A DNA stretch of 64,000 nt from NCBI GenBank assembly GCA_016618085.1, contig JABLTG010000101.1, positions 1 through 64,000 of the forward strand, given 5' to 3'. The stretch's first letter is position 1. Each line of letters opens with the position of its first letter. Below, one piece after another: positions 1 through 11,354 of the stretch. Origin of the DNA: Neovahlkampfia damariscottae. Taxonomy: Eukaryota. Made by a program: the position numbers and the translations under genes. Under the pieces are notes generated by a model, which ran no database searches, was not told where the DNA came from, and was given only the letters and a program-made list of their open reading frames with translations.

Positions 1-672
1 CCAAAACAATTGATGAACAAATGACTTTGAAAAATCTTGAGGCGAGTGAATCAGCAATTTGGAATTTATTTTATTTTACTGGTTATTTAACAACAAAAGA
101 AGTTAGATTTAATTCTAAAAGACAATATGTTTGTGATCTCATCATTCCAAATAAAGAAGTGAAGGCATTTTTTAAAAAGATTATTGAAGAATGATGAAAT
201 GGGTGAACAAAAATATCATTCTTTTATTCAAAGTTTATTAGATGAAGATATTGAAAAATTTACAAAAGAATTATCAGATTATTTAATTTTTACATCAAGT
301 TATCATGATTTTGGAAATCAAGATAAAGAAAAGAGTTATCATTTATTTTTCCTTGGACTTATTGCAAGTTTAAATGATACTCACATTATTCATTCCAATA
401 GAGAAAGTGGACTTGGAAGACATGATGTTTTAATTATTCCAAAATGTAAATCAAAACATGTTGCATTTATTATTAAATTCAAACAATCAAAAAATGTAAA
501 TGATCTTGAAAATTTATCAAAAAATGCAATCAAACAAATTGATGATAATATCTATTTAACTGAAATTCATCAATATGAACAAATAAAAAGTGTAATAAAA
601 TTAGGATTAGCATTCAAAGGTAAACAAGTAAAATCTGCTTTTGAAAAGATTGAATTTACAAATAAAATATAA
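1..672 (+). pseudogene. 3' part of a bacterial-type AAA-ATPase-like / PD-(D/E)XK nuclease gene, frameshifted
   Basis: Frame 3 reads ...IWNLFYFTGYLT...LIIPNKEVK...IIEE then TGA at 192-194. Homology continues in frame 1 (SYHD, EKSYHLFFLG, SNRESGLGRHDVLIIP, A-IKQIDDNIY, GLAFKGKQV). The expected E-x-K motif reads IIKFK. No intron at the break. Confidence 0.75.
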
Positions 673-1109
673 ATTCTTTGAAATATTAACATTTTGAATC
701 TCAAACTCCTGAACTTCATCATTTTTGGAGCTGTCAAAATCATCCAGTTTTGTAATTCTACTTTTTGTTTCCTTTGTCATTAAACCTTGATCCTTCGTCT
801 TCATTTCCAATTCTTCATTTTTGTTGTTATTTGCATGTATTCAAGCTGTTGTTCACTTGTCTCAAACATGACAATGAATGTAAAACGATTTATTGGTTTG
901 AGAAAACAAAGAAAGTTCTTTTCCATCCAAGAAACTAACACTACTTCTTTCAAAACATCCACCAACACCTTCATGTTATTCATAAATCAAAATTCTATTG
1001 GACAAAAAAGAAGACTACATATGTTCTTTTCAACAATCGAAATTCTTAATTCAATTTTAAGTTGAATAAAAATCCACCAATCATTGCTTCTTTCCTTTTC
1101 AATTTTTCA

Positions 1110-1821
1110 ATGTTCAAAAAGTAACACAGTGTTTTCTTCTCAAAATTTATAGATTCACCAAAAAAGATAATTTAGCATCAACAACTCAAGTTAAAGGTTC
1201 AGTTCAAAAACAAATCCGAGCAAAAGTCTTGGAACAAATGCCATTATTAACACCATACATTGAAGACTTACTTCCAAAAAAATCACCAATTTTCTTAGCC
1301 AAATGGTTTTAAAAAAAAAAAACTCACTATAATAGTCATGATCATGTTAATATAATAATTTGTGAAAATGTTCCACTCTTCATTTATAACAGTCAAATCA
1401 AAGCAGAAGATGAATTGTATTTTCCAACTTTAAGAGTACTTCACAAATGTAAACTAAAAAACAACCTGAATATGTTAATTTTTTAGATCCTTTTGTATTA
1501 CCTCATTTTCAAGTTGACAGAGGTGCAGTTAAATTTATCCTTTCTGGAGCTGTAAGTGAATAAAAAAAAATTAACACTTTCTTTATTAAGGATATAATGT
1601 GTCCTGGATTAACTTCTGAGGGTGGTAAAGTTGATATGAATGTTAAAAAACATCAAATGGTTGCTATTATGGTGGAAGGAAAAGAACATTCAATAGCTAT
1701 TGGTAAAACATTAATGACACCAAAAGAAATCGTTGAAATCAATAAAGATATTGGTGTGAAGAATGAACATTATTTGAATGATGGATTATGGACAGTTCAA
1801 GCTTGGGACGAATTAAAATAA
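1110..1821 (+). CDS. MCTS1: MCTS1/Tma20 PUA-domain translation re-initiation and recycling factor (5 exons)
   Basis: Spliced product MFKKF...QVKGSVQKQIR...FPTLRVLHKYP...VDRGAVKFILSGADIMCPGLTS...HYLNDGLW, with four short GT-AG introns. Confidence 0.93.
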
Positions 1822-1908
1822 ATTTTTTTTTTTTTAAACTCAAATTAAGGTTTCTCTCATTTGTAGCCTTCTCAGAGTTCAATAGAATGTCCAAAAATAT
1901 AAAGATAT

Positions 1909-2472
1909 TTATTCTTCTTCTTCTTCTTCATCTTCAATAGGAACACTTGAGTCAATACCTTCTGGATTAATTTTATAAAGTGCGTTATATCTTGCTTGAT
2001 ACCATCCATTATGTTTATTGAGACATAAAATCCAATTTAATAAATGTTCATTGCAAGCAGCTTTTTGAAGCATTGTTGCATTTGTTTTTCCAAGTTCTAA
2101 AAAAAAAAAAAATTAAAAAAATGATGAAGTTTGAGTGTTACTATTATCACCACATTCATCAAGTCTTCTATTCATAAGATGTGCAACACAAGGTGCATCT
2201 GAAGTGTAATGAAGTAAGTATGGAAAAGCTCTTGGTTCTTCTTTAATTATTTCAACTTCTTCTTCACATGGTTCAAAATCTTTAACTGGTTTTGCCCAAA
2301 TTGCTGAGATTTCTTCGTTTGTATAAAATTTCATATTTTTAGTCATTGAAGCATTAGGCATATCTGTTCTTTCTCTGTCATGGTTGAATTCTTTAACTGT
2401 TGGACTTTTGTAGAAAATTGGTTCTTGAAAGTACTTGTGTCCAAATCCTGGTGTCCATTGTTCTTCACTCAT
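1909..2472 (-). CDS. Hypothetical protein with Cx11C/Cx9C pairs (possibly mitochondrial CHCH-like), 2 exons
   Basis: ORF 2113-2472 splices near 2100-2140 into ELGKTNATMLQKAACNEHLLNWILC...EEEE*. Confidence 0.55.
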
Positions 2473-2646
2473 TTTTAATTTTGTTTAAACAAGAATCTGA
2501 TTGGTCGATTATTTCACCAGTAAAAAAAATTTCTACAAAATTGGAAAAATGAAAAAATTTTATTTTTTCAAAAAAATAAGAAAAATGGTTTCTGTAAGAA
2601 TTTTTGAAATATTTCATCGGAATTTTGTTGTATTTTCAGTTCATGA

Positions 2647-3000
2647 TTAGATTAATTTTTTATTTTTCATAAATTCTCTTATTGTTTCTTCAGGTAATCT
2701 TTTTGTAATTGTTTCAGATTTTTTTTTTATTCTTGTTTGTTCTTTTTGAACTCTGTCCGCAATTTTTCTCAAAATTTCAATTGTCTCATCATCAGGTATT
2801 ATTTTTTCTTTATCCATTTCGACTAAAACTTCTGTATAATCCATCAATTTGTCATTGACTTTTAAACAATTTTGTAATTTCTGTTTGTAAATAATTATTT
2901 TGTTTGTATTATACAATTTCATTTCAACATTAAAAAATTTACGTTTTGGTATGAAGCATTTCTTCATTGTTTTGTTTGATTGTATGTATTCAAAATTCAT
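2647..3000 (-). CDS. Small basic hypothetical protein
   Basis: 117-aa ORF. EMDKEKIIPDDET faintly resembles a PPR motif end. Confidence 0.4.
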   Translation of the reverse strand: MNFEYIQSNKTMKKCFIPKRKFFNVEMKLYNTNKIIIYKQKLQNCLKVNDKLMDYTEVLVEMDKEKIIPDDETIEILRKIADRVQKEQTRIKKKSETITKRLPEETIREFMKNKKLI

Positions 3001-3032
3001 TGGTGGAAAAGTTATTTTGAAAACAAAAATTT

Positions 3033-4436
3033 TTAATGTTTACTAATAATGAATTCATCCGCTTTTTCCATTACAGCACGATATAAAGTATTAAATTGAA
3101 GAATATCACCTCTTCCTCTTTTAACTTCACATAAACAACAATCACCAACAATTGGTTGAATTTCAACACTCAAAGAAGTGAATAAACCTTGAGATTGAAA
3201 TATTGCTTTAACAACATTTTTCTTCTCTGTACATTGTCCTTTCATTTCTTTAAAAATAGTCTTAAATTTTGCTTGTACATCAGATAAATTTCCTTTGACA
3301 ATAAATCTTTGATCATTTTGAATAACTTTGCCCAAAAATGGATTTATAGAACCTAATACTAAAACACTTGTCAAATCAAATGCAGTCATTAAATTAATTT
3401 TTGTATTTTTTTTTTTTTTTGAACCAATTTCTTCAATGGTTTTAAAGTCTTCTGGATTTTCTTCAACTTTGATGGGATCATAAACTATTTTTTTATAACC
3501 AACTTCGAACCATTTATGTTTCATAACTTCTTCTAATGTATATCTTTCTTTTGGATCAACAACAATCATATGATCAAGTAAATCTTTTAAATCACTTGAA
3601 ATGAATTTTGGATAATTAGCGTCTCCTTTTAATATTTTTTTAAAGAGACCATTTAAATTGTCATCATCAAAAGGAAGATATCCAGCAACCATAATGAATA
3701 AAATTACAGCCAATGACCAAACATCAGATCTAAAACCATCATAACTTTAAAAAGTTTAATATTTTTTGAAGATTAAATACCCTTTTCTATTGATAACTTC
3801 AGGAGCAACATAACATCTTTTTTTTAAAATTTTAAATTTCACTTACGGACTACCACATGCTTTTTTGAAAAAATGTTAATTTTTTTTATTTTTCTTTACC
3901 AGTGTTCAATACTTGTTTTTCACCAAATTCATCTAATGCCAAAGCTGAAAGACCGAAATCTGTAATTTTTACAACATCATTTTTATCTTTTTTTTTTTTT
4001 GTTATATTTTTTTTTTCAAACCTAAAAGTAAATTTTCTGGTTTTAAATCACGATGAGCAACACCATTTTGATGACAATAAAACAAACCTGAACAAATCTG
4101 TTGAAAATATTTTCTTGCTGTGTCTTCAGGAAATCTTTTTTCTGTGATAATTTTACCAAATAATTCACCACCAGTTACAAGTTCCAAGACCATATAAATA
4201 TTTGATTTTGTTTGAAGTACTTCAACTAATTCAATTAAATTTTCATGTTTAAGCATTTTCATAATTGATATTTCTTTACGTAATTGTGTTTCAAGTTGTT
4301 GTTCTTTGATTAATTGTTTACTTACAATTTTCATCGCATAAACATCTCCTGTATCAGAATCTGTTGCGTATTTGACTTTACTGAAAGAACCAGTACCTAG
4401 AGTTTTGCCCAACTCATATTTACCAACTTTTGGCAT
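3033..4436 (-). CDS. SNF1/CIPK-type Ser/Thr kinase with NAF-like domain
   Basis: LGTGSFSKVK, HRDLKPEN, DFGLSA, TACGSPCYVAPE (13-nt exon 3847-3859), GYLPFDD, and C-terminal MTAFDL. Confidence 0.9.
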
Positions 4437-4617
4437 TTCTTTTTCGTTGTTTAGTTTGTTTGTGAAATCACCCAATGAAAAAGGTTCATAAAAACTCAAC
4501 GACTTAAACTTTACCTTTTTCAAATATTTATTCAAAATGTGTCAAAAATTAATTTTTCAATAATTTTGATTCCTTTGACAATTTTATTGGTCAAACCAAA
4601 CCAAATAAATTTAGAAC

Positions 4618-5494
4618 ATGCCACGTCTTGCTATTCTGTTTGCAAATTTAGGAATAGTCAACAGGAAATATTTAAAAGTAAATCACATCATTTATTCATT
4701 TCTTTAAAAGCAATTTTTGAATCATAATGAAGTTTCAGTTTCTGGAAAAATAATTGAAAGACTTGATCTTTCAAAAAATTATGATCCAAAAACCATAAAA
4801 ATAAATGGAGAACCATTGAAATATATAGAGCCGTAAAGACAAAAATATTTAAATTTTTGAACATTTTAGTTTAACTATTGCTTATCACAAATCAAAAGGT
4901 GAACATCAATCTGAATGTTGGGATAAATTACCAGAAACATTTTCATTTAGAAGACCTGCTTTAAGAATGACTTGTCCATTACCTGAAGAAGTATCAGGTT
5001 TAGTTGTTTTAACACAATTTGATGATGTTTTTCAAAGGTCAGTTTCTGTGAATTTTCCAATAAAACGAACATATTCTATTGAAACAGAAGAAGAATTTAC
5101 AGGTAGAGAAACAGAAGCCATCAATTTATTACGTGGAAAAATAAAAGAAAGATTAGAAAATGTATTTCGACAAAGAGAAATTAAAGTTGATAAAGAAAAT
5201 GCAAAAAAAGGAATTTTAGAAATCTATGATTATAAACCTGATAAAATATCACAAATGTTAATAGCATTGAGACATGAAGCCAAAAATATTCATAGAACAC
5301 ATTTAGGAGACTTTCATATTGGTTCATTGAAACCGGGTGAATGGAAAGAAATGAGTGAAGAAGAAGTTCATCTTTTATTATGTAAATACAATCAAAAACC
5401 TAAAATTTCAAAAAATAAAATGAAACTGGAAAATGTTGACTCAGATGATGAAATTGAGGAATTGGAACAATGGATGGTCAACGCATCTAAATAA
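4618..5494 (+). CDS. S4-domain RsuA/RluB-family pseudouridine synthase-like protein lacking the catalytic Asp (3 exons)
   Basis: MPRLAILFANLG (S4-like), AYHKSKG, CPLPEEVSGLVVLT aligning to GRLDxxTxGLLLLT, and C-terminal HRTHLGDFHIGSLKPGEWKEMSEEEV. Confidence 0.7.
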
Positions 5495-5503
5495 ATTTTT
5501 TAA

Positions 5504-6051
5504 TTATTTTCCATTGAAATGTTTATATAAATAATTCAATGTTTTTGAATGTGATTGAATGATGGTACTTCTGGTGTAGAACGTCAACAATTTTGGAATT
5601 TTCATTCTAGTTGAGTCAACCACCATGGTGGAATTTTCATTAATTTTTTGGAATTCTATAACATTTGTAGTATTTCCTCCAATGTTAACAATACTTGTAA
5701 ATTCAATTTTCCGTTGGTTGTGAAAAATTTGCATTTTTGTTCTTAAATTCAAATCATAAGAAATGAACCAAAAAAACATTCTATCAACGATATCAAGATT
5801 TAAAACAATACTTTCTGGTGAAACTCTTTCATATTTTATCAGTTTGACAGAAATTCTTTGGAAAATTAAAGATTCTATTTTTACTTTGTTTCAGGATTTG
5901 TTTTCATGAGGTTTTTTGGGTTTGTATAAAAAGTAAACAGTTTTTCGTTTGAACAATTCACTTGTTTTTTTAAAATTATAATAACATTTTCCTGTTTGAA
6001 ACTGAAATAGAGAAAAAAACTCAACACACCAACAAACAAATACTTGATCAT
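5504..6051 (-). CDS. SRPBCC/START-fold-like protein with N-terminal hydrophobic anchor (2 exons)
   Basis: VNCSNEKLFTFYTNPKNLMKTNP motif and a C-terminal helix. Intron near 5857-5885 joins the two ORFs in frame. Confidence 0.5.
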
Positions 6052-6140
6052 TTTCCACCAATCGAATTCCAACAAATTATAAAAGAAAGTAACAGCAAAT
6101 TTAACAATTTTAAGCACTTTGTAGAATAGTTGTACATCAA

Positions 6141-6223
6141 GCGCCATTAGTTTAGGGGTAGAATGCGACGTTGCCATAAACAGCAAACTCGTTGTGACCG
6201 GGGTTCGAATCCCCGATGGCGCA
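6141..6223 (+). tRNA. tRNA-Gly(GCC) with a 12-nt intron at 37/38
   Basis: Acceptor GCGCCAT/ATGGCGC+A, anticodon stem CGACG/CGTTG, loop TTGCCA, intron 6177-6188, T arm CGGGG-TTCGAAT-CCCCG, downstream T run (Pol III terminator). Confidence 0.93.
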
Positions 6224-6312
6224 TCTTTTTTTATTTTATTTTGAGATGAACCTTTGATAGCAAATTTAGGCCAATCATTTCCATTAATATTCGCTTTAAC
6301 TTCTAATTTTCC

Positions 6313-8156
6313 ATGAGGCCAGTGATTTTATTGCTACTCCTGTATCAGGTTCTCAGTTATGCTATTTTTCCACAAGTGCCACAATTGTATGCAAGATCTA
6401 CGAACCAGACAGGAAGACTCAGAAACATGTTTGTCTTAACAAAATTAAATTCTGAGGTAAAGAAATAACACAATTAAAAATAAGCAATATTACATATTGT
6501 ATCAATTAGTGGTAATAAATCCTCTTGTAGACAGATTTGTTGTTTATGGACCAAAAGACAATGTTCAACAACACGAAATCACAGATTTATGTCAACACGC
6601 AAAACCATTTNNNNNNNNNNNNNNNNNNNNNNNNNNNNNNNNNNNNNNNNNNNNNNNNNNNNNNNNNNNNNNNNNNNNNNNNNNNNNNNNNNNNNNNNNN
6701 NNNNNNNNAAGCAATATTACATATTGTATCAATTAGTGGTAATAAATCCTCTTGTAGACAGATTTGTTGTTTATGGACCAAAAGACAATGTTCAACAACA
6801 CGAAATCACAGATTTATGTCAACACGCAAAACCATTTTTAAGTAAATATTATAATACAACTTGGAAGAATGATAACTTTTGTGAAAATGTTTTTTGTGAA
6901 CAAAATTCAACACAAATTTCATACAATACAACTTTACAACGAATGAGTGTTATTTCCGTAATTATATTTTTCATTTCATTTTTAATTCATTATTTAGTAT
7001 TGTCACTTTTGTGAAGAAACAATAAAAGAAAAAACATTCATAAATTTAATTCAAAATGGTTCATGTAAATTATCAAATCAAATTTTATCAAAATATGAAA
7101 AATGTGGAACATTTATGAAATATAAAGATGAATTTCCATATCCAAATGATGATTTTGATCTTTGTTATTCAATTCAAAACAATAGATTTTACTTCAGAAA
7201 CAACTTTGAAAATATGGTTTTAGCTCCTTTCAATTATTATGGTCAAATTGTTTATACCTCCATAGTTAATTTATTCATTATTGTACCGAGCATATTCATC
7301 ATTGTGATACCAGAAATAGTTCGAGTCATCAAAGTTATCTTTGTCAAAAAAAGATACACAAATCTGTTTCGATTTTTATTCAGTATTCGACATCAAATCA
7401 TCGTCTTATCACTTTTATCATTGGTACCACCTTTCATTACCTTGTTAGTATATGTTTCACAATTGCAGATTTTTTATGATTTTTCTTCAATGATATCATT
7501 TTGTTTAGTTGCAATTGCATTTTTTCAAGTTGTAGTTTTATGGGCTCATATTTGTATTCAATCAGATACGTTAGAAGCAAAAATTTCAAAGAAATTAATG
7601 TAAGATAAATCAATATTAACACTTATTTAGAATCACATCAATAGTGTCATATATAGTTCCAGTTTTTGTCACATTGATATCTCTCATTCAACTCATTGTT
7701 GGCATTACTTTTTCATATGTTTTTCCAGAACAAAGGAGTATCATTTTACCAGCATTAATTGCTTCATTGATAATATACATTGCATTTTTATTTGTTGTAA
7801 TGATTTTTATAATCATTTTGCTTTGGGTATTTTCAATAAGGATGTTTAAGACGTTATCTAGAGCGTCTCCTGCAGATGATGCTATTTCAAGGACTCTTTA
7901 TTTTGCAAAATTGAAATTTACTCGTTTGAATTTGCTTTCAAGTGTTGCTTTCTTGGCCTCAATGGTGTTTTTGTCGATTTGGTTGATGAATTATTCTTTA
8001 GCAGGAGTGTTTAGTTGGTATGTTTATATGATTCTTCCTGTCCTTTGGAATTTAGCTCCTTCTATGACTGCAGCTGTTTTGTTGATCGGTATGACGAACG
8101 AAGAAACATTCAAATCAACTTATTTCTGTTGCTTCAAGAAGAAAAATCTTGAGTGA
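6313..8156 (+). CDS. Orphan 7TM receptor-like protein, tandem copy 1 (spans an assembly gap)
   Basis: Signal peptide, Cys-containing ectodomain, seven hydrophobic segments, C-terminal YFCCFKKK. Introns at the same positions as copy 2. Confidence 0.7.
6611..6708. other. Assembly gap (N run) with duplicated flanks
   Basis: 6482-6610 recurs at 6709-6837, so the scaffold join appears to be an uncollapsed overlap. Confidence 0.9.
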
Positions 8157-8431
8157 ATTATTGTTTTGAATAAATCGTCTTCAGATTTATCGTCCCATTT
8201 CTTCCAATCGGAATTTTAATCTAAAAGTAGAATAAAGATCGAAAAGGAAAAACACAACTTCAATTTTGGAAGAAATTCCGGAAGAGTGAATTTTTTGTTG
8301 AGAATTTGGACTGTAATATATGGCTTCAGAGAAATTCTTTCGTACATTTGCACAATTTGTCCAACTATTAACTTTTCAACATGTTTCCACCAATCAAATA
8401 TCTATTATTCATACACTTTTACGAAGAAACC

Positions 8432-10064
8432 ATGAGGACAATAATCTTATTGATTCTGTTCTACAACATTTTTTGGGTGTTTAGTTCTGCCATCGTTCCG
8501 AAAGTGCCACAGCTTTATACAAGATCAACAAATGATACATCACGACTCAAACACATGTTTGTTTTAACACAACTGAAACCAAAAGTAAGGGAATCATCGT
8601 TTAAACTTTAGCAATATTACATATTGTATCAATTAGTGGTAATAAATCCTCTTGTAGACAGATTTGTTGTTTATGGACCAAAAGACAATGTTCAACAACA
8701 CGAAATCACAGATTTATGTCAACACGCAAAACCATTTTTAAGTAAATATTATAATACAACTTGGAAGAATGATAACTTTTGTGAAAATGTTTTTTGTGAA
8801 CAAAATTCAACACAAATTTCATACAATACAACTTTACAACGAATGAGTGTTATTTCCGTAATTATATTTTTCATTTCATTTTTAATTCATTATTTAGTAT
8901 TGTCACTTTTGTGAAGAAACAATAAAAGAAAAAACATTCATAAATTTAATTCAAAATGGTTCATGTAAATTATCAAATCAAATTTTATCAAAATATGAAA
9001 AATGTGGAACATTTATGAAATATAAAGATGAATTTCCATATCCAAATGATGATTTTGATCTTTGTTATTCAATTCAAAACAATAGATTTTACTTCAGAAA
9101 CAACTTTGAAAATATGGTTTTAGCTCCTTTCAATTATTATGGTCAATTTCTTTATACTTCAATATTCAACTTTTTGATAATAATACCAATAACATTTATC
9201 ACTATAGTACCCGAAATAGTACACATATTCAAAGTTGTATTTTCCAACAAGAATTACAAGAGTCTGATTCGATTTTTATTCAGTATTAGACATCAAATCA
9301 TCGTCTTATCACTTTTGTCATTCATACCACCCTTCATCACTTTATTGATTTATCTTTTACAATTGGATATTTTTTATGATTTTTCTTCAATGATATCATT
9401 TTGTTTAGTTGCAATTGCATTTTTTCAAGTTGTAGTTTTATGGGCTCATATTTGTGTTCAAGCAGAAACCTTAGAAGCAAATATGTCAAAAAAATTACTG
9501 TAAGTTTCATTTCACAATTGACAATCATTAAAAAGTGCAATTTCAGTTTTGTCCTTTGTGGCACCGATTTCAGTAACAATGATAGCAATATTTCAACTCT
9601 TAGTTGGAGGGATATTCGCCAATATTTTCCCAGAACAAAGTACACTAATTTTATCAATCTTGGTAGGATGCTTAAGTACTTATATTGTATTTTTATTCGT
9701 CGTTATGATAATCATTGTTGTTTCTTTATGGATATTTTCAATATGGATGTTTCGAATTCTATGTAAAGCATCTCCTTCAGATGATGCTGTTTCAAAGACC
9801 TTGTATTTTGCAAAACTCAAATTTACTCGTTTAACTTTACTTTCGAGTTTTGCTTTTTTTGCCTCCATGATATTTTTATCGATTTGGATATTGAACTCTG
9901 TATTAGCAGGTGTATTCAGTTGGTATGTTTATACTATCCTCCCAGTTTTTTGGAATTTGGCTCCTTCAATGACTGCAGGGATTTTATTGATTGGAATGAC
10001 CAATGAAAAATCATTAAAGGAAACATATTTTTGTTGTTTCAAAAAGAAGAAAATTGTTCAATAA
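8432..10064 (+). CDS. Orphan 7TM receptor-like protein, tandem copy 2 (4 exons)
   Basis: Three short GT-AG introns join the ORFs in frame. Seven TM segments and a YFCCFKKKK tail. Confidence 0.78.
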
Positions 10065-10072
10065 AAATATAA

Positions 10073-11330
10073 TTATTGTTTATTTTTATCATTGAGATCC
10101 TTTGTATTGGAATTCCAAAGTTTCAGGTGTGAGATTTTTTGAAGTTGATCCATGTAATTTCTCTTCAATTCTAGGTATTTTTTGAACTTTCCAAACTCAA
10201 TAATATAAACACCATATGTAATTGCATATTCTTTTTGTTCTTCAAATTTATCGATTTGGTCATCTTCAGAACAACTATTTACCAATAAAATTTCATTCTC
10301 AATTGAAGGAAGATTATAATCATAATCTGTTAAAATAATCAATTAAAAAATATATAAATTACAATCATCTTTGTATTCTTCATTTTCTTTCACTTTATTT
10401 TCAGATTTAAATCCAATTGCATTTTTGAATGAAAATTGAAACAAAAATCTTCTAAACAACCAGATAGATGGATGACCTGGAAAATAAATAATCAACAATT
10501 GACAATGGAAAAATAAATCCAATAAGATATCGTGAATATCAAAATTCTTGTAAAATTCATGTAAAATTTCAATCAAAGTTGATAAATAATGAAAACCACT
10601 ATGGTCACTTGGATTTTTTCTTGTGTAGATTTTTAATTCTAAAATCTCATTTTTAATTAAATTTAGTGAATGAAAATTCATCAAAATGAAAGTTCTATAA
10701 CTCCAAGAATAATAATTTCTTGGATAAAGGATTGAATATTTCTCAGCAATTTTTGTTTCACTTGTGAGAAATTTTTCTGTCAATTTTTCTTTATTTTTCT
10801 TTATAAACCATTTTCTATAAGACCATATTTGATCACTTTTTGGACTCTTTTGAAATAAAACTTTTTTTTGACTTACTTTTGTTGCTAATAAATTTAAAAA
10901 TTGAATTTCTCTTTCAAAATTAATCTCATTGAATTTTTCTCTTCGTATATTCCAAGCTGTATGATTTTCTGTATTTATCATTAAAAGGACTTTTGTTAAA
11001 TCCAAAATTTCTTTTGTTGACTTGTAATTTTTGTTTCTAAATTTTTGAAAGGCGAATGAATAGAAAATAGGAATAGACCAAAATGCCACACCTAATCTTT
11101 TTTCTTTTAATAAAAAAGGTGAAGTTGATTGAGATGAAAAACTTTCGTCCAATAACTTGGTTTCATCAAAATTTGTATTTTCAGGTTGTTTTAAAATTAA
11201 CAAACCATATTCCAGTCTAAATTCAAAGTTAAAAATATTTTTTTTAAATCTACAGTTCTTCATCTAAAAGTTTTATCAATTGTTCATACAGAACTTTTCC
11301 AAGTTCAATTTGGTCATGTGTCGAGCTCAT
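10073..11330 (-). CDS. Protein prenyltransferase alpha-subunit repeat protein (PTAR1-like)
   Basis: PPTA repeats: ENHTAWNIRR, PKSDQIWSYRKW, PRNYYSWSYR, PSDHSGFHY, PGHPSIWLFRR. Confidence 0.85.
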
Positions 11331-11354
11331 GATGATGATTGGATGAAAAATTCT

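Noticed and set aside
607..1065. Short overlapping ORFs between the nuclease pseudogene and MCTS1
   Set aside because: No motif or consistent splice model was found.
6482..6837. Apparent 129-bp direct repeat around the N run
   Set aside because: It flanks a scaffold gap and copy 2 of the gene has it only once, so it is most likely an assembly artefact.
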